Source: an uncultured Alphaproteobacteria bacterium
Lineage (GTDB): Bacteria > Pseudomonadota > Alphaproteobacteria > Rhizobiales > Xanthobacteraceae
DNA length: 64,000 bases
Assembly (NCBI GenBank): GCA_963749625.1
Contig: CAVVNY010000011.1
Span: 28,294 to 92,293, forward strand
Reading direction: 5' to 3'
Program-made: the position numbers and the translations under genes
Shown here: one piece after another, positions 1 through 10,418 of the stretch
How the letters are laid out: each line of letters starts with the position of its first letter
Numbering within the stretch: position 1 is the first letter of the stretch
The notes under the pieces: model-generated
The model's input: only the letters and a program-made list of their open reading frames with translations
Database searches by the model: none
What the model was told of the DNA's origin: nothing

Positions 1-899
1 TCGCCTGCATGCCGGTCTGGCAGGAGGCCAAGATTGTCAACATGATCAGCGTCTGCCTCGACACCACACTGACGACGAGCGCCTGCAACCGTTACACCTT
101 CCGCCTGCACGATTACGCACCGGCGCAAGCCGTCGCCATGGGACCGACGCTCACCAAGATGGGCAAGAAATGGCACATCGTTTATGCCGACTATTCCTGG
201 GGCCAGTCGACGCGCGACGCCTACGCCGCGCAGATCAAGAAGAACGGCGGCGAAGTTGTCGGCACCACCGGCATTCCGCTCGGCACGCCCGACATGACGC
301 CGTTCCTGTCGAAGATCTCCGGCAATTTCGACGGACTGTTCGGCATCTTCTTCGGCAAGGACGGCGTGACGCTGGTCAACCAGGCCTACGATCTCGGCTT
401 GAGCAAGAAATACAAGATGGCCGGCGACGGTTCGATCACCGAGCCGACCAATCTGCCGGCGCAGGGCCACAAGGTCGACGGCTTCACCGCCATCAACCGC
501 TACATCCCGGTGTTCCAGGGACCGCTCGACACGCCGTCGCACCATAAGTTCTACGACGAAGCCAAGAAGCGGTTGGTCAAGGTCGATCCGAGCGGTCCGG
601 CGCCCGACAAATACGTGCAGTCGAACTACGAAGCCTTGAACGCGATGAAGATCGCCATGGAGAAGTCGAAGTTCGAGGGCCGCAAGGACACCATGAAGCT
701 GATTGAGGCGCTCGAGGGTCTCGAAGTCAAGCTAAGCGACGACTTCCCGCAAGGCGACAAGACCCTGCGCAAGGAAGATCATCAGGCGTTCTTGACCGAG
801 TTCATCTTCGAGGTGAAGGACGGAACCTATAAGCTTCTCCAAGCGGTGCCGAAGGACAAGACCCTGGTGCCGCCGGCGTGCCACTTCCCCGCGGCGTAA
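1..899 (+). CDS. Branched-chain amino acid-type ABC transporter substrate-binding protein (5' partial)
   Basis: Frame is open to the window edge; Peripla_BP_6-like motifs (YADYSWG, RKEDHQA); first gene of a liv-type operon. Confidence 0.9.
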   Translation, partial: ACMPVWQEAKIVNMISVCLDTTLTTSACNRYTFRLHDYAPAQAVAMGPTLTKMGKKWHIVYADYSWGQSTRDAYAAQIKKNGGEVVGTTGIPLGTPDMTPFLSKISGNFDGLFGIFFGKDGVTLVNQAYDLGLSKKYKMAGDGSITEPTNLPAQGHKVDGFTAINRYIPVFQGPLDTPSHHKFYDEAKKRLVKVDPSGPAPDKYVQSNYEALNAMKIAMEKSKFEGRKDTMKLIEALEGLEVKLSDDFPQGDKTLRKEDHQAFLTEFIFEVKDGTYKLLQAVPKDKTLVPPACHFPAA

Positions 900-1693
900 G
901 TGCGCGTGGACCAGTCGACCGACATCCGCTCCCCGGCGCAGGGCCGGGGAGCTGCATCGGCCCCCATTCTGAAGACCGAACTGCTGACCGTCCGCTTCGG
1001 CGGGCTTTCGGCGCTTAATCAGGTCAATTTCGAGGTTGCCCGCGACGAGGTCCGCGCCATCATCGGGCCGAACGGCGCCGGCAAGAGCACCTTTTTCAAC
1101 TGCCTGACCGGGGTGCTGCGGCCCACTTCGGGCCGCATCGTTTTCAATGGCGAAGACGTCACCGGCCTGCCGCCGAATGCCATCTCGCAAAAAGGCGTCG
1201 CCCGCTCGTATCAGATTACCAACATCATGCCGAACGCCTCGGCGCTGGAGAATGTGCGCATCGCCGCGCAATCGCGGCGGCACGGCTGGAATCTGCTGCG
1301 CGACCACAAGAGCTTTCCGGACATCAACGAGAAGGCGGAAGCCGCGCTCGACTCTGTCGGGCTGCTGAGCAAGGCCGATGAACTCGCCGCCAACCTGTCG
1401 CACGGCGAACAGCGCAACCTCGAGATCGGCATCGCGCTGGCCACCGAACCTGCGTTGTTGCTGCTCGATGAGCCGACCGCCGGCATGAGCGCGGCCGAGA
1501 CACATGAGACGATGGAGCTCGTGCGCCGCGTCGCCAAGAAGAATTTGACCATCCTCATCGTCGAGCACGACATGCATGTGGTGATGGAGCTCTGCCACCG
1601 AATCACCGTGCTGCATTACGGCGCCGTTCTCGCCGACGGGACGCCGGAGGAAATCCAGCGCAATCCCAAGGTGCAGGAGGTCTATCTCAAGAC

Positions 1694-1697
<4 letters not shown>
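900..1697 (+). CDS. livG: ABC transporter ATP-binding protein, LivG-like
   Basis: Walker A GPNGAGKS, LSHGEQR signature, LLLLDEP, VEHDM. Confidence 0.92.
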
Positions 1698-2434
<737 letters not shown>

Positions 2435-2436
2435 CG

Positions 2437-3330
2437 ATGCAGCCGGTGATCCAGTTTTTTCAGAATTTTCCGCTCGACCTGCTGCTGATCCAGACCGTGA
2501 ATGGCATCGTCACCGGCCTGATTCTGGCGCTGGTCGCCTCCGGTCTGACGCTGATCTTCGGCATCATGGACGTGGTGAATTTCGCGCACGGCGAATTGTT
2601 CATGCTCGGCGCCTATCTCGGCGTGGTGGTGATGGCGTCGACCGGAAATTTCTGGCTGGCGCTCATCGTCGCTACTCTGATTGTCGCCATTCTCGGCGCA
2701 GCGTTGCAGCTCGTCACCTTGCGGCCGCTGATCGGGCGCGAGCCACTCAACACCATCCTCGTCACCTTCGGCATTTCGCTGATTCTGCAGAACTTCGCAC
2801 TGTGGGAGTTCGGCCCGGTATCGCGCAAGCTGCCGGAGCCGATCACCTCCCATTTCAATCTCTTCTACTTGCAATATCCCTGGTACCGCATCGTCATCGC
2901 CGCATTGTCGGCCGCGATCATCGGCGGCTTCTGGCTGTTCCTAAAATACGGCAAGTTCGGCATCTGGATTCGCGCCACCACACAGGACCGCGTGATGGCG
3001 CAGGCCATGGGCATCCCCGTGCCCTGGGTCTACACCGGCGTATTCGCCATCGGCGCCGCCATGGCGGCGGCGAGCGGGGTGCTGTTCGGCCCGCTCGGCT
3101 CGATCAACCACACCATGGGCCTCGACTGGGTGCTCAAGGCCTTCATCGTCGTGGTGGTCGGCGGCATGGGTAACCTTGGCGGCTCGATCGCCGCCGCCAT
3201 CTTCGTCAGCCTGCTCGAAGCCTACGCCGCGATCTGGGTCGACCCGTCGCGCGCGGTGATTGTCTCCTTCGTCGTGCTGATCCTCACTTTGCTGTTCCGT
3301 CCAACCGGCCTATTCGCGACACCAAAATGA
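2437..3330 (+). CDS. livH: Branched-chain amino acid ABC permease, LivH-like
   Basis: GLTLIFGIMDVVNFAHGE and VVVVGGMG motifs; ATG at 2437. Confidence 0.92.
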   Translation: MQPVIQFFQNFPLDLLLIQTVNGIVTGLILALVASGLTLIFGIMDVVNFAHGELFMLGAYLGVVVMASTGNFWLALIVATLIVAILGAALQLVTLRPLIGREPLNTILVTFGISLILQNFALWEFGPVSRKLPEPITSHFNLFYLQYPWYRIVIAALSAAIIGGFWLFLKYGKFGIWIRATTQDRVMAQAMGIPVPWVYTGVFAIGAAMAAASGVLFGPLGSINHTMGLDWVLKAFIVVVVGGMGNLGGSIAAAIFVSLLEAYAAIWVDPSRAVIVSFVVLILTLLFRPTGLFATPK

Positions 3331-4328
3331 CAACCGCGCCACTCGACAAAGCGATGCCACTCACCAAAGGTAAATTGAGCCACACCGCCGTCTATTGGAT
3401 CGGCTTTTGCGCGATCATGGCGTTGCTGATCGTCGCGCCACTGGTGTTGCCGATCTTCTGGGCGAAGTTCCTGACCGAAATCCTGATCTGGGGCCTGCTG
3501 GCGATGTCGTCCGATCTGCTGATCGGCTACACCGGCATGATCTCGTTCGGCCATTCGGCCTTCTTCGGGCTCGGCATGTACGGCGCGGCCGGCGCGCTGC
3601 TGCACACCAGCCCGCCCAATTTGTGGGCCGCGATCTTCATGGGCCTCGTCGGCGCGGCCTGCGTTGCGCTATTCGTTGCCTATTTCTCGACGCGGCTGCG
3701 CGACATTTATTTTGCCATCACCACGCTGATTTTCTCGCAGATCTTCTACGTCATCATCTTCACCTGGACGACGGTGACCGGCGGCGAGAACGGGTTGATC
3801 TTCACGCGGCCGCATTTCTCCATTCCGTTCCTTGTCGACGTGCGCTTCACCACCCCGACGATGCACTGGTTCGTGCTGGCGTTGGTCTCGGGATCCTATC
3901 TGGTCTTGCGCCGCGTTACCCGCTCGCCGTTCGGTATGGTGCTGCAGTCGATCCGCGAAAACGAAGCCCGCACCCGCGCCATCGGCTACTCGGTCGAGCG
4001 CTACAAGATCGTCGCGGTGATGTTGTCCGGTCTGTTCGCGGGGCTCGCCGGCGTGCTCTACGCCGTGCAGAACGAATTCGCCGCGCCGGACTTCGTGTTC
4101 TTCGTCACCTCGGGCGACACCGTCATCTTCAATGTCATGGGGGGTATCGGCACGTTGGTCGGCCCCATCGTCGGCGCCGGCTTCTTCCAGGTCCTGCGCG
4201 AACTGATGTCGCGCATCTTCGGCGACCAGTTCCCCTATCTGATCCCGCTCGGCGTTATTTTTATCGTAATGATCATCTTCCTGCCGCAGGGATTGTTAGG
4301 TTTCGCAAGAAGGTGGTTGAACCGCTAA
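3327..4328 (+). CDS. livM: Branched-chain amino acid ABC permease, LivM-like
   Basis: GYTGMISFGHSAFFG and SPFG..IRENE motifs. Confidence 0.92.
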   Translation: MTTAPLDKAMPLTKGKLSHTAVYWIGFCAIMALLIVAPLVLPIFWAKFLTEILIWGLLAMSSDLLIGYTGMISFGHSAFFGLGMYGAAGALLHTSPPNLWAAIFMGLVGAACVALFVAYFSTRLRDIYFAITTLIFSQIFYVIIFTWTTVTGGENGLIFTRPHFSIPFLVDVRFTTPTMHWFVLALVSGSYLVLRRVTRSPFGMVLQSIRENEARTRAIGYSVERYKIVAVMLSGLFAGLAGVLYAVQNEFAAPDFVFFVTSGDTVIFNVMGGIGTLVGPIVGAGFFQVLRELMSRIFGDQFPYLIPLGVIFIVMIIFLPQGLLGFARRWLNR

Positions 4329-5125
4329 TCGCACCGCACCGTCATCCCGCCGTCCAAGATGATTTCCGTGCCGGTGATGAAGCGTGCTTCGTCACTGGCG
4401 AGAAACAGCGCCGCATTGGCGGTGTCGCGTCCATCGCCCATGAAGCCCATCGGGATGCGGGCCACGCGCGACTTGAGCAGCGCCTCGACATCGCCGCCGG
4501 CGCGCTGCTTGGCGAGCCGCACCTCCACCATCGGCGTATGCAGTTGCCCCGGCACCACCGTGTTCACGCGGATGCCGCGGTCGGCATATTGCACGGCCAC
4601 CACGCGCGAGAGTTGGATCACGCCGGCTTTGGTCGCGGCATAGCCGACCTGCGCCGCGCCGGTCCAGCGCAGGCCGGAGGTCGAGGCCGTATTGATGATG
4701 ACGCCGCTCTTTTGCTTCTCCATCACCGGCAGCACGTGCTTGCAGGTGAGGAACACGCTCTTGAGATTGTAGTCGACCTGGGCGTCCCAGACTTCTTCCG
4801 CCATTTCCACCGGGCCGCCGGCGGCCGAGCCGCCGACATTGTTCACCAGCACGTCGATGCGGCCGAAGCGGGCGAGGCAGGCCGTCACCATGGCGGCAAT
4901 CGAGGCGCTATCGGTGACGTCGCATGGCTGCACGGCGATGTCGCCGCCGGCGGCTTTGACGCGCTCGACCGTCTCGGCGACTTGGTCGAGATTGCGGTCG
5001 ACCGCAAAGATCTTGGCGCCTTCCTCGGCGAAGCGCACGCACGTGGCGCGGCCGTTGCCCCAGCCAGGGCCGACGCAGCCGGCGCCGGTGACGATGGCGA
5101 CGCGGTCCTGCAGGCGTCCGCTCAT
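4325..5125 (-). CDS. Short-chain dehydrogenase/reductase
   Basis: AIVTGAG..G.G, NNVG, YAATK; real start MSGRLQDR lies inside the track ORF 4325..5677. Confidence 0.92.
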   Translation of the reverse strand: MSGRLQDRVAIVTGAGCVGPGWGNGRATCVRFAEEGAKIFAVDRNLDQVAETVERVKAAGGDIAVQPCDVTDSASIAAMVTACLARFGRIDVLVNNVGGSAAGGPVEMAEEVWDAQVDYNLKSVFLTCKHVLPVMEKQKSGVIINTASTSGLRWTGAAQVGYAATKAGVIQLSRVVAVQYADRGIRVNTVVPGQLHTPMVEVRLAKQRAGGDVEALLKSRVARIPMGFMGDGRDTANAALFLASDEARFITGTEIILDGGMTVRCD

Positions 5126-6045
5126 GATTTGGCTCCCGGGGTCAGCTTGCGCGCCGGCGCGAAGCGATAGAGGCGTTGCGGATTGTCGACCAGCAGCGCC
5201 TGGCGCGCGGCCTCGCTCGGCGCGATCTCGGCCAGAATGTCGACTAGCAGGCCGTCGTCCACCACCGGCGGCGGGTGATTGGGATGCGGCCAGTCGGTGC
5301 CCCAAACGCAGCGGTCGCCGAATTCGGCCACCAGCTTGCGCGCGAACGGCACCGCGTCGGCGTAAGGCGGGCCTTGCCGCGTGATGCGGTCGGTGCCGCT
5401 CACCTTCACCCAGACATGCTTGTTTTCCATCAGCGCGAGCAGCGCGCGGAAGCCGGGTTGCTCCAGCCCGAGCCCGGCATCGACGCGGCCGATGTGGTCG
5501 ATGACCACCGGCACCGGCGAGCGCTTGAGCGCTGGCGCAAGCTCCGCGATACGCGAGCCGTCCATATGGACCTGCAGATGCCAGCCGACATCGGCCAGCC
5601 GCTTGGCGAGCGCCATCGCGTCGTCGATCGAGGGGCCGCGCCCGAGATGCTCGGTATAATGGAAGCGCGCGCCGCACAGTCCGGCATCGGCGAGCCGCTT
5701 GAGTTCGGCGCCGCTGACGTCGGGCGCCACCAGCGCGATGCCGCGATAGGATTGGCCGGAGGCGGCGACCGCGTCGACCGTCACCGAATTATCGCGGCCG
5801 TGACAGTTCGGCTGCACGATCACGCAATGCTGGATGCCGAGCTTTTCATGCAGCGCGAACAGCATTTCCTTGGTCGCGTCGGATGGGGTGTAGCTCCGCC
5901 CCTCGGCGAACGGAAAGCGCTGGCGCGGCCCGAAAATATGCACATGGGCGTCGCAGGCGCCCGGCGGCAGCTTCAGCTTCGGCTGGCTCGGATTGGCCGT
6001 CCAATAAGGCGGGTCCGCGGGCGTGTCGGCGGTCTGCAGGGCCAT
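5122..6045 (-). CDS. Amidohydrolase_2 family, LigI-like (2-pyrone-4,6-dicarboxylate lactonase-like)
   Basis: CDAHVHIFGP, VIDHIGR, WVKVSG, WGTDWPHP. Confidence 0.85.
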   Translation of the reverse strand: MALQTADTPADPPYWTANPSQPKLKLPPGACDAHVHIFGPRQRFPFAEGRSYTPSDATKEMLFALHEKLGIQHCVIVQPNCHGRDNSVTVDAVAASGQSYRGIALVAPDVSGAELKRLADAGLCGARFHYTEHLGRGPSIDDAMALAKRLADVGWHLQVHMDGSRIAELAPALKRSPVPVVIDHIGRVDAGLGLEQPGFRALLALMENKHVWVKVSGTDRITRQGPPYADAVPFARKLVAEFGDRCVWGTDWPHPNHPPPVVDDGLLVDILAEIAPSEAARQALLVDNPQRLYRFAPARKLTPGAKS

Positions 6046-6055
6046 GGGATACCTT

Positions 6056-6682
6056 TCATGCCTCCGGCGCGCGCGTGCGTTCGAGCGCCGGCTCATTCGC
6101 GGCAAAGGCTGTAAGCCAGGCGGCAAGGCGCGGGCAAGCCTGCCGCCATTCCACCACCTTGCGCCAATCGAGATAGCCGAGCGCGCAGGCGAGCCCGATG
6201 GAGACGATATCGGTCTTGCCCGGATCGGGCGGCGCTTTCTCGAAGGCGGCGAGCGCGCGGGCGATCTTGCCGCGCTGATGGGTCAGCCAGCCCTCCGATG
6301 GCGGCTGGCCGGGGCGGAAGCGGCCATCGTAAACGATCAGGATCGCGGCATCAGTAATGCCGTCGGCCAGCTTCGACAGCGTGAACGTCTTGAAGCGCTC
6401 CAGCCCGCACGCCGGCAGCAGGCGGTCGGTGCCGGCCACGTCCTGCAAAAACTCGATGATCACGCCGCTGTCGTAGATCGACGTGCCGTCGGCCAAGAGC
6501 AGGCAGGGCATTTTGCCGAGCGGATTCTGCAGGCGCAGCGTGTCGTTCTCGTCGAGTGTGCTGGCGGGCTCCAGCGTAACGCGGTCGCTCAAGCCGAGCA
6601 CATCGACGGCGATGCGCACCTTGCGGCCGAACGGCGAGGTCAGCGTCGAACGCAGCACGAATTTCTCGGGAACGGCGGCCAT
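6056..6682 (-). CDS. Glutathione S-transferase family protein
   Basis: SPFGRKVRI, NPLGKMPCL, IYDSGVI. Confidence 0.9.
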   Translation of the reverse strand: MAAVPEKFVLRSTLTSPFGRKVRIAVDVLGLSDRVTLEPASTLDENDTLRLQNPLGKMPCLLLADGTSIYDSGVIIEFLQDVAGTDRLLPACGLERFKTFTLSKLADGITDAAILIVYDGRFRPGQPPSEGWLTHQRGKIARALAAFEKAPPDPGKTDIVSIGLACALGYLDWRKVVEWRQACPRLAAWLTAFAANEPALERTRAPEA

Positions 6683-6760
6683 TTCAGTGGATGTCCTGCG
6701 GGAGGGGAAGCGCCAATGGCGGCAGCCTAGCAAGCAGCGCAGGCATGTGCCTAGGCGTTA

Positions 6761-6793
6761 CCCGTTTGGCAAACCATGGGCCTGCCAAACGGG
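6761..6793. terminator. Intergenic hairpin, possible terminator after the TTT gene
   Basis: CCCGTTTGGCA-N11-TGCCAAACGGG inverted repeat. Confidence 0.5.
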
Positions 6794-6832
6794 GCAATCG
6801 CCTGCGGCGGAAGTCCGCCGGGATCGATCGTT

Positions 6833-7798
6833 CTATTTTTGCACCGGCACGCCGGCGTCCTTGATCACCGTGGCCCACTTCTTGGTTTCACTGGCGATGT
6901 AGGCCCGGAATTGATCCGGCGTGTCGCCGACCAGGATCGCGCCCTGGCTCGCCAGTTTCGAAATCACTTCGGGGTCCTTCATGGCCTCGACCGCCGCCTT
7001 GTTCAGCGCGGCGACGACCTGCGGCGGTGTCTTTGCCGGCGCGACCATGCCGTACCAATTCTCGGTCAGCAGATTGGGCATACCGGCTTCGGCGGTGGTC
7101 GGAACGTCAGGGGCGCTGGGAACGCGCGTCGGCGAGCCGACGGCGATCGGCCTGAGCCTGCCGGCTTTGATCTGCGGCAGCAGCACCGGCAGATCGAGGA
7201 ACACCATCTGCACCTGCTGGCCGAGCAGATCGTTGACCGCGGGCGCCGCGCCGCGATAGGGCACATGGGTGATGTCGATCTTGGCGGTGAGCTTGAAAAG
7301 TTCTCCCGCCAGATGTGGCATGCTGCCGGGACCGGACGAGGCAAAGTTGAGTTTGCCGGGCTCGGCCTTGGCCAGCGCCACCAGCTCTTTCATGTTTTTG
7401 GCGGGCACGCTGGTCGCCACCACCAGCATTTCCGGAACCTTGGCAACCAAGGTGATCGGCTGCAAATCCTTGAGCGTATCGTAGGCAACCTTTTCCATGC
7501 TCGGACTGATCGCCAGCGCTCCGGCGCTGACGATGCCGATGGTGTAACCGTCCGGCACCGATTTCGCGACGATGTCGGTGCCGAGCACGCCGCCTTGCCC
7601 GGCGCGATTGTCGACGATGATCGTCTGCTTGAGGATTTCCGACATGCGCTTGCCGACGACGCGGGCGATGACGTCGTTCGGGCCGCCGGGCGGGAAGGGG
7701 ACGATCAGCCGCACCGGCCGGTTCGGGAAATCCTGCGCCATGGCAAAGGCCGGACACAGCAGGGCAACGCCTAGCAGGAATAGTCGCAGAACTCTCAT
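6833..7798 (-). CDS. Tripartite tricarboxylate transporter substrate-binding protein (Bug/TctC)
   Basis: Signal peptide, PFPPGG..D..AR, NRAGQGG, HVPYRG. Confidence 0.93.
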   Translation of the reverse strand: MRVLRLFLLGVALLCPAFAMAQDFPNRPVRLIVPFPPGGPNDVIARVVGKRMSEILKQTIIVDNRAGQGGVLGTDIVAKSVPDGYTIGIVSAGALAISPSMEKVAYDTLKDLQPITLVAKVPEMLVVATSVPAKNMKELVALAKAEPGKLNFASSGPGSMPHLAGELFKLTAKIDITHVPYRGAAPAVNDLLGQQVQMVFLDLPVLLPQIKAGRLRPIAVGSPTRVPSAPDVPTTAEAGMPNLLTENWYGMVAPAKTPPQVVAALNKAAVEAMKDPEVISKLASQGAILVGDTPDQFRAYIASETKKWATVIKDAGVPVQK

Positions 7799-7991
7799 GG
7801 CAATCCTCCCAAGTTCAATTTTGCGGGATATTGGTCCGCGCGGCCGAAGCGCCGGGGGCCCGGTTTTTGTCATGCTAGATTAGATCGGGGCGGCATTTAT
7901 TGAAAGTTCGTCACCGATACTTTTTCAGCATGGCAAATAAGATGGAGCCCTGAGCGATCGCCGGCCAGGTGGCGCGGCGATGGAGCGTAAG

Positions 7992-8927
7992 TCAGGCGAG
8001 CTCGGCCCCGGCCCAGGTTTTATTGCGCACGAGTCTGCGGCAAACATCGTGCAGCAACTCGCTTGCATCCTGCGTCAGCTTGGGCAGCTGCTTGTCGCGC
8101 AATGTCACGATGGTGACTTTGGTCGAGAGCGTCGGCCGCACGATCGGATAGGCCGTCAGCTTGTTGCGCATCACCTCGTCCTGCACCGCGGCGTAAGTGA
8201 GGATTGTATAGCCGAGGCCTTTCTCCACCATCGCCTTGGCGAAGGCGACGCTGTCGGCTTCGATCTTGATACGCAGCCGGACGCCGTGCTCGATCGCCGC
8301 GTTTTCGACCAGGCGCCGGTTGGCATGCGCCATGTTCGGCAGGATCAGCGGCAGTTCGGCCAAGTCGCGAATGCGGAAGCTGGCGCGCGGCTTGGCGGAC
8401 TTGTTATGCCGCGCCGGGGGGCCGATGACCCACATCCGTTCGTTCAGAAGTGGGCTGATATCCAGCAATTCCAGGTGCGGCGGGTTATGCAGCATGGCGA
8501 TATCGATGCGCTTTTCCACCAGCCACTCCTGCAGCGAACTGGCGACGCCCTCGCGCATGTGCAGCGTCGTCTGCGGCCAGGCTTTCTGGAAACGCGCGAC
8601 GAAGGGCGGGATGAGAATGCGTCCCGCGGCCGGCGGCACGCCGAGCGTGATACGGGCGCTCGCCGGCGAGCGGTCGTCCTTGATCTCCTCGCTGGTCTGA
8701 TGAACGAGATGGACGATCGCCTCCGCCCGCTCGAGCAGCAGCGAGCCGGCGACGCTGAGCCGCACGCCGCGGCCGTGGCGGGCGAATAGCGAAACGCCGA
8801 GCTCGTGCTCGAGCTTCTGTATCTGCCGGCTCAAGGCCGGTTGCGCCAGACGCAACTCCTGCGCCGCGCGGCTGACGCTGCCGGCGCGCGCCACCCGCAT
8901 GAAGTTGCGCAGTTCTTTCAGTTCCAT
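7992..8927 (-). CDS. LysR family transcriptional regulator
   Basis: N-terminal HTH (GSVSRAAQELRLAQPALSRQIQKLE); divergent from the dehydrogenase. Confidence 0.93.
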   Translation of the reverse strand: MELKELRNFMRVARAGSVSRAAQELRLAQPALSRQIQKLEHELGVSLFARHGRGVRLSVAGSLLLERAEAIVHLVHQTSEEIKDDRSPASARITLGVPPAAGRILIPPFVARFQKAWPQTTLHMREGVASSLQEWLVEKRIDIAMLHNPPHLELLDISPLLNERMWVIGPPARHNKSAKPRASFRIRDLAELPLILPNMAHANRRLVENAAIEHGVRLRIKIEADSVAFAKAMVEKGLGYTILTYAAVQDEVMRNKLTAYPIVRPTLSTKVTIVTLRDKQLPKLTQDASELLHDVCRRLVRNKTWAGAELA

Positions 8928-8943
8928 GATGCGCTCATTTGCC

Positions 8944-8964
8944 GCTATACTTTTACGGTATAGC
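8944..8964. promoter_or_regulatory. LysR recognition site (ATAC-N7-GTAT)
   Basis: Perfect dyad GCTATAC-N7-GTATAGC, 17 bp upstream of the lysR start in the divergent promoter. Confidence 0.75.
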
Positions 8965-9076
8965 TTACGCGCTACGCGGTCGTACGCCAAGCCGGGCAGG
9001 GGCTGGAGAAAAGGCGAAACGGTGACCGGCAATGTGATAGAAGCACCGGCGGCAAATGCAGGGAGCGCGAGCGGCG

Positions 9077-10165
9077 ATGAGCGAAAAACGCAAGGACGGT
9101 TCGGTCAATCTTTTGGTGCTGGAAGGCGACGGCATCGGGCCGGAGATCATGGCGGCGACGCTCGCCGTGCTGCGCGCGGCCGACGCCAAGTTCGGCTTGC
9201 GCCTCGCTTTCAAGACGGCGGTGGTCGGCTGGGCGGCGCATCGCGCGACCGGCAGCACGCTGCCGCCGGCCGTGCTGGAGAAAGCCAAAGCCGCGGACGG
9301 CGTGCTGCTCGGACCGGTGTCGCACAACGAATATCCGCCGGTGGCCGAAGGCGGCCGCAATCCGTCCGGCGAACTGCGCAAGGGCCTCGATCTCTACGCC
9401 AATATCCGCCCGGCGCGCTCGCGCGAAGGTTTCCCGCCGCGCTGCGGCAAGAGCGTCGATCTGGTCATCGTGCGCGAGAACACCGAGGGCTTCTATGCCG
9501 ACCGCTCCATGTTTCTCGGTCCCGGCGAATTCATGCCGACGCCGGATCTGGCGATCGCCATGCGCAAGATCACGCGGCAAGGTTCGACCCGCATCGCGGA
9601 GCAGGCGTTCAAGCTGGCGCTGCAGCGGCGCAAGAAGGTGACCGCCGTGCACAAGGCCAATGTGCTGCGCGTCTCCGATGGGCTCTATCTCGAATGCGTG
9701 CGCGCGGTCGCCGCGCGTTACCCGCAGGTTCAGTACGAGGAGCGCATCATCGACGCCATGGCGGCGCTGCTGATCCGCGACGCAAGCCAATTTGACGTCG
9801 TCGTCACCACCAATATGTATGGCGACATCCTGTCCGACGAGGCGAGCGAGATCGCCGGCAGCCTCGGGCTCGCCGCGTCGCTCAATGCCGGCGCCGAGCA
9901 CGGCGTAGCGCAGGCCCAGCACGGTTCGGCGCCCGATATCGCCGGCAAGAACATCGCCAATCCGGCCTCGCTGATCGGTTCGGCCGCCATGCTGCTGGCT
10001 TGGCTGGGCGAGCGTCGCGGCGACACTAAATTCGTGCGCGCGGCGCAGGCGATCGAGGCTGCGCTCGACCGTGTCATCGCCGAGCCGGACGGGCGCACGC
10101 CCGACATGGGCGGCAAGCTCGGCACCGATGCCTTTGGCCAGCGCGTGGCGCAGGCGGTGGAATGA
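9077..10165 (+). CDS. Isocitrate/isopropylmalate/tartrate dehydrogenase family
   Basis: GDGIGPEI, LYANIRP, VRENTEG, VHKANV, NMYGDILSD, HGSAPDIAG. Confidence 0.93.
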   Translation: MSEKRKDGSVNLLVLEGDGIGPEIMAATLAVLRAADAKFGLRLAFKTAVVGWAAHRATGSTLPPAVLEKAKAADGVLLGPVSHNEYPPVAEGGRNPSGELRKGLDLYANIRPARSREGFPPRCGKSVDLVIVRENTEGFYADRSMFLGPGEFMPTPDLAIAMRKITRQGSTRIAEQAFKLALQRRKKVTAVHKANVLRVSDGLYLECVRAVAARYPQVQYEERIIDAMAALLIRDASQFDVVVTTNMYGDILSDEASEIAGSLGLAASLNAGAEHGVAQAQHGSAPDIAGKNIANPASLIGSAAMLLAWLGERRGDTKFVRAAQAIEAALDRVIAEPDGRTPDMGGKLGTDAFGQRVAQAVE

Positions 10166-10235
10166 CGGCAGGGCGATCCGCCACTAATGTTGGCAGCAAA
10201 TTTGCTTCTATTGGGCCGGAAATGAGGACACCACC

Positions 10236-10415
10236 ATGGCAGAACCACTCGACGACTTCATTGCCGCCGCCGCAGCCTCGCTCGACCTGCCGCTGGAGGC
10301 GGAGTGGCAGGGTGCGATCAAGGCCAATCTCGCGGTCACGCTCAAGCACGCCAATTTCGTGGCGGACTTCGCGCTGCCGGACGAGGCTGAGCCGGCGCCG
10401 ATCTACAAGGCTTGA
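10236..10415 (+). CDS. AtzG/HpxX-like small subunit (DUF4089), 59 aa; absent from the ORF track
   Basis: My translation: MAEPLDDFIAAAAASLDLPLEAEWQGAIKANLAVTLKHANFVADFALPDEAEPAPIYKA; GAGGA RBS; 3 bp before the amidase. Confidence 0.8.
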   Translation: MAEPLDDFIAAAAASLDLPLEAEWQGAIKANLAVTLKHANFVADFALPDEAEPAPIYKA

Positions 10416-10418
10416 GCC

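Noticed and set aside
3395-5170. 591-aa plus-strand ORF
   Set aside because: Off-frame and antisense shadow of livM and the SDR; Arg/Ala-rich with no motifs.
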